Shown: piece by piece, positions 36,901-49,107 of the stretch
Position numbering within the stretch: the stretch's first letter is position 1
How the letters are laid out: each line of letters starts with the position of its first letter
Source: Mytilus edulis
Lineage: Eukaryota
DNA: 64,000 nucleotides
Direction of reading: 5' to 3'
Assembly (NCBI RefSeq): GCF_963676685.1
Contig: NC_092351.1
Span: forward strand, 76,074,001 to 76,138,000
Position numbers and translations under genes: made by a program
Notes under the pieces: model-generated
Database searches by the model: none
The model's input: only the letters and a program-made list of their open reading frames with translations
What the model was told of the DNA's origin: nothing

Positions 36901-37103
36901 TTAAGGAAAATACAATCACTAAATTTTGTTTCAATCAAATAGAACCAGAGTTATCTCCCATTGACAGAATTTTCAAAAATACTGGATGGTCTAAATAACA
37001 CTTGGTTTAGTTGATAATCACTATTTAGTGATCAAAACAGAATTTTCTGCACAATGTAATAAATCAGTCGAAGAAAAAAAATAAATAAGATTATTTAATT
37101 TAC

Positions 37104-37208
37104 CGCAATTTCATCCATATCTGTTGTAACAATACTTTCACTGGGTGTAGAGTCGTCTGTATCAGATACTTGATTGATAGCATCTGTGTTTATCCAGGCT
37201 GGAGCTGG
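37104..37208 (-). CDS. PCM1: PCM1 exon
   Basis: PAPAWINTD...TPSESIVTTDMDEIA; phase 0/0. Confidence 0.9.
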
Positions 37209-37578
37209 CTGTAATTAAAATATACAAGAATTGAATGTAAAAACAAATCTTAGACTATTCATCAAACAAGAAAACATGCAGTATTGGTAAAATTTGTACA
37301 TTTAAGTCCACAGAAATCGATAATTTTTTTATGAAAAAAGTATAAATTGATGATCTACACCTGAAATTTCATGGTCAAATGATAATGCAATCATCGATCT
37401 TGTTGCAGCATTCTTAACAGATTATAAATGTTAACTCTTCATTGAACTGATCATATTTTCATGAAAATGGTATATATAATTGACAGTCTCAACCTTCACA
37501 TGCATTTTCTCTCATTTATCCAACTTTATTCTAAATGTTCCTATTCATTAAAGATGAAATACTTCTTTAATTACTTAC

Positions 37579-37813
37579 TGCAGAAACCGATGTATCATTA
37601 TTTTGTTCTGTGAGGAACTTTGACCCCACATCTCTGATGGCATACAACGCTCTTTGTCTTAGGTAATCTGTGTTTAATTTCTGTAATTCTCGAAACAATT
37701 CTATGAGGAAGTGTGGTCGGTTTTCATTCTGTGATATCAAAGTAGCTACTTCAGCATATATACCCTCTCTCAGTGCTTCAAATAAGGATAAATCTACTCC
37801 ATCTTCTGAATCT
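37579..37813 (-). CDS. PCM1: PCM1 most conserved exon
   Basis: LFEALREGIYAEVATLISQNENRPHFLIELFRELQKLNTDYLRQRALYAIRD; phase 2/0. Confidence 0.97.
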
Positions 37814-37918
37814 CTGAAATAAATAAAGACGATTTTTTTTTATCATTGACTCATATTGAATAAAATATGCAAAACTAGAACAGGTCTACTCAATCGTCTG
37901 ATTTTATGTAATAAAGAA

Positions 37919-38220
37919 AACAAGAATGTGTCCTCAGTACACGAATGCCCCACTCGCACTATCATTTTCTATGTTCAGTGGACCGTGAAATTGGGGTAAA
38001 ATCTCTAATTTGGCATTAAAATTAGAAAGATCATATCATAGGGAACATGTGTACCAAGTTTGAAGTCGATTGGACTTCAACTTCATCAAAAACTACCTCG
38101 ACCAAAAACTTTAACCTGAAGCGGGACAGACGGACGAACGGACGAACGAACAGACGGACGAACGGACGCACAGACCAGAAAACATAATGCCCCTCTACTA
38201 TCGTAGGTGGGGCATAAAAA
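37919..38220. mobile_element. HINE-like element with (GGAC/GAAC)n microsatellite and 3' hairpin
   Basis: aacaagaatgtgtcctcagtacacg...atgcccc...ggggcataaaaa; near-identical copy at 53130-53407. Confidence 0.75.
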
Positions 38221-38783
38221 GTGTTATCCATTGATTTATCAGAAATAAATAAACAAAAGTTTATGTTGTTTTGCTAAGGTATATATGAGGGGAAATGCCA
38301 AAACCATCAAACTCAAACCTGTATTTTAAGAAATTTTTTAAACTGCGTTTGATGATTAAATAAAGTTATTTATGAAGTTGTATTGAGTAAACCCCTTTCA
38401 TTCTAGTTCTGATCAACCACAGCTATGGTCATGACTAAAAACAGAGTTCTCAAAAATTGGAGGTCCAAACCTTTGTTTTTCAAAGGACCAACACATTTTT
38501 GGTATTTTACAAGAGAAAATTATAGTGAAGACCAGCATATTTTCTTCCAGACCACCTTGAAAAGAAAGATTTAAAGAACTCTGTTAAAAAGTCAATTGAA
38601 GAAAATTAAGTTTGAATTCAAAGGTAATTTTCGATTCAACTCTATTTGTGAGATAATAAGGTTTTCACAAGAGAATAAATTGGGTAAAGATGAACTATGA
38701 ATGAAGATATTTAACTAAATACAGATATCCTATTTTCTCTAGATCTGAAACATGTCTCACTTATGCCAGCACTTAGTTCTTAC

Positions 38784-38964
38784 CTAGTATCTTTACCAGG
38801 ACTCTCCTGTGCTTGTGACATAGTACTAGCAATGCTGATATTTTCCCTGAAGCCTGCCCCACTGATTCCAGCACTAAGGCCTGGTCTATACATATCTTCT
38901 AGCAGCTGCCGAGCTCTCAAGGACAGACCTTGTCTTCTGGCTTCTTCTTCTCTATCTGGTCTCT
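38784..38964 (-). CDS. PCM1: PCM1 exon
   Basis: RPDREEEARRQG...ENISIASTMSQAQESPGKDT; phase 1/2. Confidence 0.88.
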
Positions 38965-39340
38965 CTACAAAATAAAAAATGACTTTTATTCAAGTTTCAC
39001 CGATGAGCCTTTTGTAGACGAAAGTGTGTCTTGCACAAATACAAAATTTCAATCCTGGTATCTATGATTTGTTTATCTACTCTAGAAATTTCCTCCATTT
39101 TACTTTTCCAATTTCAATTTTTTCAAGAAAAAAGTAGCATAACTCTAGAACAGTAAAAGTGAAAACAAGAAAATTAAACATAATTGTCTTTAGTTGTCCA
39201 AAATATACATTAAAATTTCAATTAATTTCCAAAAAGCAGTTCCCTACTTTTCATCTGGCAGCCAAAAGTTTGACGAACAGATGATGTGATAAATGGACAT
39301 GAGGGTTCCTTAATACCCAGAGTCTGTAAGGTAGTGATGT

Positions 39341-39926
39341 AACTGGAGGCTCTAAAGAGCCTGTGTCGCTCACCTTGGTCTATGTGCATAACAAACAAAA
39401 GACACTGATGGATCCAGCAACCCAACAACCAGTTGTCTAATTCATTTGAAAATTTCAGGGCATATAGATATTGACTTGATAAACAATATAAGACCATGTC
39501 AGATTTGCTCTAAATGCTTTGGTTTCAGAGTTTTAAGCCAAAATCTATATTTTACCTCTATTTTCTATTTTTAGCCATGGTGGCCATCTTGGTTAGTTGG
39601 CTGGGTCACCGTACACATTTTTTAAACTAGAAACCCTAATAATGATTGTGGCTAAGTTTGGTTAAATTTGGCCCTTTAGTTTCAGAGGAGAATATTTTTG
39701 TAAAACATTACAAAATTTACAAGCCATGGCCGCCATCTTTGTTGGTTGGCCAGGTCACCGGACACATTTTCTAAACTAGATAACCCAATTATGATTGTGG
39801 CCAAGTTTGGTTAAATTTGGCCCATTAGTTTCAGAAGAAGATTTTTGTAAAAGTTAAGGACAACGGACAACGAACGACAAGTGATGAGAAAAACTCACTT
39901 GGTCCTTTGGGCCAGGTGAGCTAAAA
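39341..39926. mobile_element. HINE-like element with internal tandem units
   Basis: Same termini as 19286-21137; duplicated agccatgg...ttttgtaaaa unit. Confidence 0.65.
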
Positions 39927-39936
39927 ATCAACTGAC

Positions 39937-39998
39937 CTGATCCGTGTTTACTATCAGATGCTAATGAGGCTGTTGACCAATCTTTTCCTGCATTCATC
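39937..39998 (-). CDS. PCM1: PCM1 exon
   Basis: MNAGKDWSTASLASDSKHGS; phase 2/1. Confidence 0.82.
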
Positions 39999-41271
39999 CT
40001 AAAAATAATTAAAAATACTGTAACAAAGGATAAAACATGTGTCACACAGTTATATTTCATCAGATCATAAATGTCTCAGACTTTTATAAAACTGAGTAAT
40101 GCTATGTGTTTGTTTATTCTTCATCGGCTAGAGGTAATGGGGGAGGGCCGAGATCTCACAAAACATGTTTAACCCCGTGGCATATTTCCTCCTGTCCATG
40201 TCAGGAGCCTCTGGTAGTCTCTAATTTTAGTTCATTTATACCGTACAGCGGGTCATTTTTCACGGGGTGTAAATTTTCACATATTTTCGCGGATAGAACG
40301 AAATCACCAAAATAAATTTTGCAAATTTAAAACTGCACTTGCAAAGGAATCAAGTAAAAAGTTTTGAATCCACCAAAATAATGACCGTCCAAATATTTCA
40401 TACACTTTATTTAATGAAAATCGTGAAATTTTACACCTGCAAAAATAACTCACTATAAGATACGTTTAGGAGTTAATTATGGCATTAATTTTCACTGAAC
40501 TAATATATGTTTGTTTAGGGGGCCTGCCTCCAAGTGCAGGATTTTCTCGATGTGTTGAAGTCCCATTAGTGGCCTTCGACACATTTCCCTTTTCCGCTCT
40601 CAAATTTATAATGTCCTTTGAAAAGTGAACAGTACCTGATGACATGGTTAGCAAACCAAAATATATATGATACTCAGTACAAATGAACAAACAAATAGAC
40701 ATGATAGATGAATGGCTAGATCAGTGAACCAGAATTTTCTTTTTACTCTAATGTTAAAAAGATCTTTTTTAAATCTATAATACTGTGGATTCCTTATTAT
40801 TATTCATTGGTTTCTGACTTTTTGTGGATTTTGTGGGTACAGAAATTAAAGTTTAAACGAATAACACATTTTCTTAAGAGTTTAAGGGAAATAACTCTTA
40901 AAATCATCAGTACGTTTGTGTCAACCATTTTCAAAAATATATTCTAAGCTTCTAGGTTACATAGACTATTTTCAATCTGTTTCATGTAAATGCTTAAAAT
41001 ACATTGATGAACTTGACTTTTACAAACGCTTAACTGATTTAAAGAGTAATCTCCCTGAACCAAAGTCTGACCCCCTAATGCAGACTTCAACAAAACCACA
41101 AAATTAAATATCCACAACATCTAAGTTTTCTTTAATCCAAGAAATTAGTACCCACAAAAACAAATACATTCATGTACATGTAGTATATGTATCATTTGCA
41201 TATTGAGTTGCCAAATTCAGAAAAATTTACCGATTTCAAGATTTTTCCTACTATCAGACAACAACACTTAC

Positions 41272-41791
41272 TTTCGTCTATTTCTTTGTTCATCAAAATT
41301 TAACAATGGCATTGGTGTATCTTGGAATTCTTGACTTCTTTCTTGTACATTTTTCTGTGACTTTTCCTTTTTCTCAGAAGAATAATATTGTTCATAATTG
41401 TTCTTACTCCTACCACTAGACGCTTTCTTCCCACTACCCTGACCGTACGTTGACCGATTCACCAACAAGCCTTCATTGTTCATTTGAGGAGAGCTATCAT
41501 TACTTTGCCTATTGCCATAGTAACTACTAGGGAATTGAGGAACTTGAACACTAAAAGGTTGCTGTCGAGATTCAAGATTAGGCGACATGTTACGACTGTC
41601 TGTAGGAAGAGACTGTAAAGATCGTAGCCGCATGTCGCCACCGTAGGGGTCGGTGAAGATGTTGAGTTGCCGTTGGAGATTCTGTAATTCCATCTGTTGC
41701 ATACACATTTGTTGTAGACACTGATTCATCATCAAACTTTGCTGCTGTTGGAATTGTTGTTGTATGTCTGGATTCTGCTGGTACCCATAGC
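41272..41791 (-). CDS. PCM1: PCM1 large Gln-rich exon
   Basis: GYGYQQNPDIQQQFQQQQSLMMNQCLQQ...NFDEQRNRR; phase 1/2; its acceptor is the lowest-coordinate unit of the tandem array. Confidence 0.9.
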
Positions 41792-44114
41792 CTGAAAATG
41801 TAACAAAGAGCAGCTCATTACAAGATCAAAGTCTTGATTCTACTGGTACCCATAGCCTGAAAATGTAACAAAGAGCAGCTCATTACAAGATCAAAGTCTT
41901 GATTCTACTGGTACCCATAGCCTGAAAATGTAACAAAGAGCAGCTCATTACAAGATCAAAGTCTTGATTCTGCTGGTACCCATAGCCTGAAAAAAAAACA
42001 AGAGAGCTATACTACATGAGATACTACAAGATAGGTCTTGATTCTGCTGGTACCCATAACCTGAAAATATAACAAGAGAGCTATACTACATGAGATACTA
42101 CAAGATAGGTCTTGATTCTGCTGGTACCCATAGCCTGAAAATATAACAAAGACCAGCTCATTACAAGATCAAAGTCTTGATTCTGCTGGTACCCATAACC
42201 TGAAAAAAAACAAGAGAGCTATACTACACGAGATACTACAAGATAGGTCTTGATTCTGCTGGTACCCATAACCTGAAAAAAAACAAGAGAGCTATACTAC
42301 ACGAGATACTACAAGATAGGTCTTGATTCTGCTGGTACCCATAGCCTGAAAATATAACAAGAGAGCTATACTACATGAGATACTACAAGATAGGTCTTGA
42401 TTCTGCTTGTACCCATAGCCTGAAAAAAAAAACAAGAGAGCTATACAACATGAGATACTACAAGATAGGTCTTGATTCTGCTTGTACCCATTGCCTGAAA
42501 AAAACCAAGAGAGCTATACTACATGAGATACTACAAGATAGGTCTTGATTCTGCTTGTACCCATAGCCTGAAAAAAACAAGAGAGCTATACTACATGAGA
42601 TACTACAAGATAGGTCTTGATTCTGCTTGTACCATAGCCTGAAAAAAAACAAGAGCTATACTACATGAGATACTACAAGATAGGTCTTGATTCTGCTTGT
42701 ACCCATAGCCTGAAAAAAAACAAGAGAGCTATACTACATGAGATACTACAAGATAGGTCTTGATTCTGCTTGTACCATAGCCTGAAAAAAAACAATAGAG
42801 CTATACTACATGAGATACTACAAGATAGGTCTTGATTCTGCTTGTACCCATAGCCTGAAAAAAAGCAAGGGGACTTACTACATGAGATACTACAAGATAG
42901 GTCTTGATTCTGCTTGTACCCATAACCTGAAAAAAAACAAGAGAGCTATACTACATGAGATACTACAAGATAGGTCTTGATTCTGCTTGTACCCATAGCC
43001 TGAAAAAAAACAAGAGAGCTATACAACATGAGATACTACAAGATAGGTCTTGATTCTGCTTGTACCCATAGCCTGAAAAAAAACAAGAGAGCTATACTAC
43101 ATGAGATACTACAAGATAGGTCTTGATTCTGCTTGTACCCATAGCCTGAAAAAAAGCAAGGGGACTTACTACATGAGATACTACAAGATAGGTCTTGATT
43201 CTGCTTGTACCCATAACCTGAAAAAAAACAAGAGAGCTATACTACATGAGATACTACAAGATAGGTCTTGATTCTGCTTGTACCCATAGCCTGAAAAAAA
43301 ACAAGAGAGCTATACTACATGAGATACTACAAGATAGGTCTTGATTCTGCTTGTACCCATAGCCTGAAAAAAAACAAGAGAGCTATACTACATGAGATAC
43401 TACAAGATAGGTCTTGATTCTGCTTGTACCCATAACCTGAAAAAAAACAAGAGAGCTATACTACATGAGATACTACAAGATAGGTCTTGATTCTGCTTGT
43501 ACCCATAGCCTGAAAAAAAAAACAAGAGAGCTATACTACATGAGATACTACAAGATAGGTCTTGATTCTGCTTGTACCCATAGCCTGAAAAAAAAACAAG
43601 AGAGTTATACTACATGAGATACTACAAGATAGGTCTTGATTCTGCTTGTACCATAGCCTGAAAAAAAACAATAGAGCTATACAACATGAGATACTACAAG
43701 ATATGTCTTGATTCTGCTGGTACCCATAGCCTGAAAAAAAAGAGAGCTATACTACATGAGATACTACAAGATAGGTCTTGATTCTGCTTGTACCCATAGC
43801 CTGAAAAAAAAGAGAGCTATACTACATGAGATACTACAAGATAGGTCTTGATTCTGCTTGTACCCATAGCCTGAAAAAAAAGAGAGCTATACTACATGAG
43901 ATACTACAAGATAGGTCTTGATTCTGCTTGTACCCATAGCCTGAAAAAAAACAAGAGAGCTATACTACATGAGATACTACAAGATATGTCTTGATTCTGC
44001 TGGTACCCATAGCCTGAAAAAAAAGAGAGCTATACTACATGAGATACTACAAGATAGGTCTTGATTCTGCTTGTACCCATAGCCTGAAAAAAACCAAGGG
44101 GACTTACTACATGA
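41771..44114. repeat. Minisatellite of 33 units (65-75 bp) made from the PCM1 intron/exon boundary
   Basis: Unit on + strand: gattctgc(t/g)tgtacccatagcctg(a)n caagagagctatactacatgagatactacaagataggtctt; 65-bp variant beside the exon. Confidence 0.95.
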
Positions 44115-44118
44115 TTGA

Positions 44119-44329
44119 CTGTGGTTTCATTATTATTTGTTGGATACCAATTTTCGTTGGTTTCACGGTTAGAGGTGAACCACGAATTCAAATGTTTAAC
44201 GAATAACATATTTTTCAATAGGCTCTGTATACAGGAATTGGCAAAACCACGAAAAACAAATATCCACGAAAATGCAAGTTTTCAGCAATCCACGAAATTT
44301 GATACCCACGAAAATGAATGAATCAACAG
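44119..44329. mobile_element. TA-type MITE, inverted relative of 28219-28426
   Basis: ctgtggtttcatt...aatgaatcaacag. Confidence 0.7.
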
Positions 44330-44589
44330 TATAGAGAATATAAAAATAAGAATGTCTGGGTTCTGCTGGTACCCATAGCCTGATAATATAACACAGAGTG
44401 CATCATTGCAGTGTCATAGGCGGAGTTCGGCTGAATATCATGAGGTCTGGTTTTCACTTGAACCAATTTTTCATGATCTCTGCTGAATCGATGTTTGTTA
44501 ATTTTTTGTGTTTTGTTGACATATACCTCTCTCTCCTCCTACAGACATTTAATGGTAAGTTATTCTATTTTAATAGTTCAGTAACTTAC

Positions 44590-44728
44590 CTGCAGGAGAC
44601 TGTTGCATTATGGGACCAGGTGTGTCTCTCTGTAACAGAGACTGACATAAGTTTGTTAGTCTGTCAATCTGTTGTTGTAGGGATGCTGGCTCATCATCCT
44701 GAATAATATCCTCTGCTGATCGGAAATT
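44590..44728 (-). CDS. PCM1: PCM1 exon
   Basis: NFRSAEDII...LQQQIDRLTNLCQSLLQ...SPA; phase 0/1. Confidence 0.9.
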
Positions 44729-45151
44729 CTGAAATCAAATGGGAACATCATTTCTTTTTATATCAAAATCATAAATCAAACAAGTTGTTATAAAATTTTA
44801 GTTTGAATTTGAGAATTGAGTTGGTTTTTTTTTTTTACTTTTTTTTTTTGTGTTCCTGCCCTTTGGTTTTTACAAGCATGTTCAGTACTCTCATTTTGTG
44901 TTTTGAGAACTATTAACACCAACCTTTCTTTTCCATTATTCTGGGTAACTTTGTGTACTTGAACTACATGTTATGGGCATATAGGCTCTTATGAAAAAAA
45001 ACACTTCATCATGTCTATTTTCTGTCATTTCAATTAGAATTCTGTCAACTGCATTTTACAAAATTGATAAAAAAAATCCCTTTATAGACTAAAATCTGTT
45101 AAAGTCAATTCCTAAAAAAACTTAATTCAACATCGATCTCACCCTACAAAC

Positions 45152-45216
45152 CTCTTGTCTTTGTCTGCTTTTCTTTTGTTTCTTTGAAAAATTTCTTTGC
45201 TTTGGACGAGCCCCAC
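45152..45216 (-). CDS. PCM1: PCM1 exon
   Basis: GARPKQRNFSKKQKKSRQRQE; phase 1/0. Confidence 0.82.
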
Positions 45217-45384
45217 CTGAAATATTGAAAATAAATTTTGATTGAAATTACAAAAAACTCAATTTTCTTGAAAACAAGCAGTCTTGTTGGTTCTGAGCAA
45301 AAACAAACAAGCAGGATTGCAGTGTTGATCCTGTTTTACTCATGTTTGCTGTGGTTTAATTTTTCTCTGGAAATTAGTTATTAA

Positions 45385-45653
45385 GGTAGTACATAACACT
45401 ACAGGGAGATAACTCTGTAAAACCAGCTGAACGTTTTAACCAAATTCTATTGTTAAGAAAATATTAAGCTTCTCAATAATCAAAATGAGAGTTTGTCAAA
45501 CTGCTATAAATCCAACCATTTTTTTCAAATGTGTCTGGTTCAAGTTTTTTTAAATTTTGATATTTTTGTCAAAGGGTCAAAGTCAATATTTTTCAAAATT
45601 TTATGAAAATTAAACGAGCCGAATTAATTTTAGTCAAGGTGTTAGGTACCAAC
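45385..45653. mobile_element. Diverged GGTGGTACC TTAA MITE
   Basis: Similar to 29664-29936. Confidence 0.72.
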
Positions 45654-46110
45654 TTAAATGTTGCCGTAGATTTCAGGAACTCTGATATTTGACTGACATT
45701 CAATGCAATTAAACAGACAAAATGTTGACACATTGAAAACTTCTTTCTGCATGGGGAAGCACACTTCTGCTCAGATAAACTGAACTTCAGATTTGGTTTA
45801 TAAAAACTTGATGATTTTAAAAATTGAGCTCTTTTTTAAGAGATACTTCATGCTTGGATTTTTGTAGAATAGAAATATTTAAATAATAGAAATATGTTCC
45901 CAATTGGAATTTTTAAAAGTAAAGAAATATTAATGGTAAGTCTACTTTAAAGGAAAAGTGTCCAGACCTGTTTTTTTGCTCTTTCAATGTTCACTCTTAA
46001 CCATGGAAAGGTGAATTTGACAAAAATCGTTCAGCTGTAATTTAGATTCTTTCACTGCCTTTATATGTCCTTGACCTACATTTTACATCCTAGGACAGTT
46101 TAGCACCTAC

Positions 46111-46266
46111 CTTTAGGTTCAGTACGAGACCGGGGATAAGTCCTCTGTTTGGTTTTGCCTGCTCTAGCCATTCTTCGCTGACGTACATCATTTTCTATTG
46201 TGTAAGTTTCATTGTCAAATTCCTCCTCTTCTTCTTCCACCTGTACAATACCATCACTGGGATATC
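46111..46266 (-). CDS. PCM1: PCM1 exon
   Basis: YPSDGIVQVEEEEEEFD...TEPK; phase 1/1. Confidence 0.9.
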
Positions 46267-46361
46267 CTACAAATATGTCAGTCATCCCATGCTTTAAATA
46301 GTTCTGACAAAACAAAATTCGTTTCCATTCCAACAAGATCAGTATTTTCTGCTAACCATAA

Positions 46362-46630
46362 GGTGGTACCTAACACTACAGGGAGATAACTGTAAAATCA
46401 GCTAAACGTTTTAATTACGTTGTGTTGTTAAGGGAATATTAAGCTTCTCAATGATCAAAATAAGTGTTTGTCAAACTGCTATATAACCAGTGTAATTTTT
46501 CTGATAAAACGGTTGGTTCAAATTTTTTTTAATTTTTATATTTGTAAAAGGGTTAAAGTAAATACTTTGTCAAAATTTTAAGAAAATTAAACGAGCCAAA
46601 TTAATTTTAGTTAAAGTGTTGGGTACCACC
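46362..46630. mobile_element. GGTGGTACC TTAA MITE
   Basis: Near-identical to 29664-29936. Confidence 0.82.
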
Positions 46631-47009
46631 TTAAATACCTGCCATAAGGTGAATAGGTTATTCAAGGTTAAAGGATTGAGGGAAGTTTTATGTAAGAAAT
46701 ATTAAAATCTACCATTTGTCTTGTCTTGGGTGTACTGGATATCAAAATTAAGTTGCCATAATAAATCACAAAAATATCTCATACCAAAGGCTGACTGCAA
46801 GTTGTGATAAATTGTTCGTTACTTGTTCATTTATTTTTGTTTGCCAATAAATTCTAGTCTTTCACTCAAGCATGTTTAATTCTTCTATACTGTCCCCTAC
46901 TACAAAACTTTATCTAACATCTTCATTTCTAGCTTTTTACCCCTCTTCTATTCATACTTTTGACATGTTGTCTACTGAAACCTTTTGACCATGTCCCTGT
47001 TCTACTTAC

Positions 47010-47134
47010 CATCATCCACTTCATCATTATCACTAGCCTGGTTCCCGTCTACACCATCCTCTGTGATGCTCTCCATGTTGTCTACTGTGGACCCTCCCCA
47101 GGTTGCCATGGTGGCATCAGCACTAGCAGCTCCA
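47010..47134 (-). CDS. PCM1: PCM1 exon
   Basis: GAASADATMATWGGSTVDNMES; phase 2/1. Confidence 0.93.
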
Positions 47135-47639
47135 CTGTAAATATAAAAAATATACACTTTAAATGATATCATTATTTTCTTTGTAAAAATAAGTAGTTTT
47201 ATACCACAGATACACTTTACAGCCTGTACAACAATGAAAGTACACCTATACCATATAGTTGGCTAAAAAAAGCCCCCACATGAAAAATATGATTTATTAA
47301 ATTCAAAATGAGAAAATTAATGGCCTAATTTATAACAAAATAATTTGGGAAAACAAATATGACAGACCTGAATCAATAACACCCAATCTTTGGTTATTTC
47401 TGTAAAGTGACATAAATGAGAGAAATATAGATTCTACCATTACATTTACTGAGATAAAGTATTTCTCTGTTCTTCATTTTTTTCGTGTTGTTAGGAATCT
47501 ACCACATAAACTTCTGTCCTACTTTTAATAATACTTCTTCACTATCCCCACTACAATTTAACTTAAAAAATGGAAATTCTAATAAATAATTTCATAACAC
47601 TATTAAATTTTGAATCTGAAGAAAATAAGACAATCTTAA

Positions 47640-48310
47640 CCCTTTCACCGATTGCTGCCCAGATTGAAGCTACTCTGAGACGATGGCTTCCCTGGCTACT
47701 ATTACTTAAGTGGGAGATCTTCATAATAAATGTCAATAAAAACTTGTTTGTAGTTATTTGTGTATTTATTTCATTCACTAACATTATGTTCACAGTTTTG
47801 TTCATGTTTTGATAATTTTTTCATCATAAAATAACCAAATTTTCAAATTTTCGGCATTATCTAGGTGAAATTCTCAAAATTCTGCTCTTTGACCCCAAAT
47901 CATAATTTTTTAACCCAAAACGGCAAAATTTTGAAAAATTTTACGAGGTTGTACAAATTCCTCACACTGAACGATGTCCATTCCAAGTGTTTTGTACAAA
48001 AAACGACATTTTATGTCAAAAAAGTATACTAGTTTGACTTCAATTCTTCCATATTCTTTCAAAAAAAATGTTCCCTCATTTCAAATTCTCGTAAATTCCA
48101 TAAATTTCCTCTGATTTTGACACGGTTTTCAACAACCGGAAGCGCCATGTTTACACTTTCATCCGGGTATTCGTCAAAGAAAGATAACTCATGTTTGCAC
48201 GGTTATGAGCGGGAAATATAAAAGAGGTATTCCGATCCCGGTAAAACGGGACTCCTCGTCAGCTGTCTGAAGCGTGAATCCCGGTAAACCGGGACTCATC
48301 GGCGAAAGGG
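47640..48310. mobile_element. Non-autonomous piggyBac-type element
   Basis: ttaa|ccctttcaccgat...atcggcgaaaggg|ttaa; subterminal tcccggtaaa-cggga palindromes. Confidence 0.8.
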
Positions 48311-48352
48311 TTAATATAAATACACATAATACAACAGTATGGCAGTATTTAC

Positions 48353-48530
48353 CCAAATGCATCTGTTGAGAAAGAAACTGTGTCACTCTGAGCGTCCTGA
48401 TTTTTTCCATAATTTTTCCTTGAGCCATCTTTCTTCATAATAGCTTCTACTTCTCTCTTTTTCTGTCGTAGTTCTTCTCTCAGCATCCTCTGTCTTCTCA
48501 TCTTGTCATAAACTTCATCATTTGAGGAAA
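48353..48530 (-). CDS. PCM1: PCM1 exon
   Basis: SSNDEVYDKMRRQRMLREELRQKKREVEAIMKK; phase 1/2. Confidence 0.93.
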
Positions 48531-48983
48531 CTGAAATTACATTGAGAAATAATTTTAACACAGTTGTACATTCTTCCAAATTGTAAAATATACTTAGCTT
48601 AAGTTACTAGCTTCTTTGTTATTTGGTCTTTTGTTGACAATCATACCAAATCTATCTAGTTCACATTATGCAGTTGCAATCAACAGAAATCAACAGGATG
48701 AGGTATCCAAAGAAAAATATGACCTCTTTACATGTTTTCACTAATCCTCAGACAAAGAAGCAATTTATTATCTTATAAAGACAGATATCCCCAATAAAAG
48801 TGAGAGGAGCCCCCACGAGTAACAACTAGTACTACACTGCAATCTTTTGACATGTAACATTTAGATGAGCTAAACCAATGCCTCTCTCATACCCCTGATT
48901 TGAGTAAAGTTTGCAAAAAGAAGTGCATCTAGACAGCAATTGGTGTGATACAATTACTATCATGTCACAGGTACTACACTTAC

Positions 48984-49107
48984 ATGTGACTACAGGTGCC
49001 CTATCACTACCCTCCACCTCAGGTTCATCAGGAATCTGTTTAGATTGTTTGTGTCTTTTATGAGTTGGTTCTGCATCTCTTTCCTGGTCTCCTTCTGCAA
49101 CCTCTGA
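48984..49107 (-). CDS. PCM1: PCM1 exon
   Basis: SEVAEGDQERDAEP...RAPVVT; phase 0/1. Confidence 0.85.

Noticed and set aside
41792-41986. In-frame exon extension using the acceptor three 65-bp units upstream (+195 nt)
   Set aside because: The second unit is read in a frame containing TAA.
41771-44114. CRISPR-like array
   Set aside because: No unique spacers, eukaryotic intron context, no cas genes, and the unit derives from the host splice junction.
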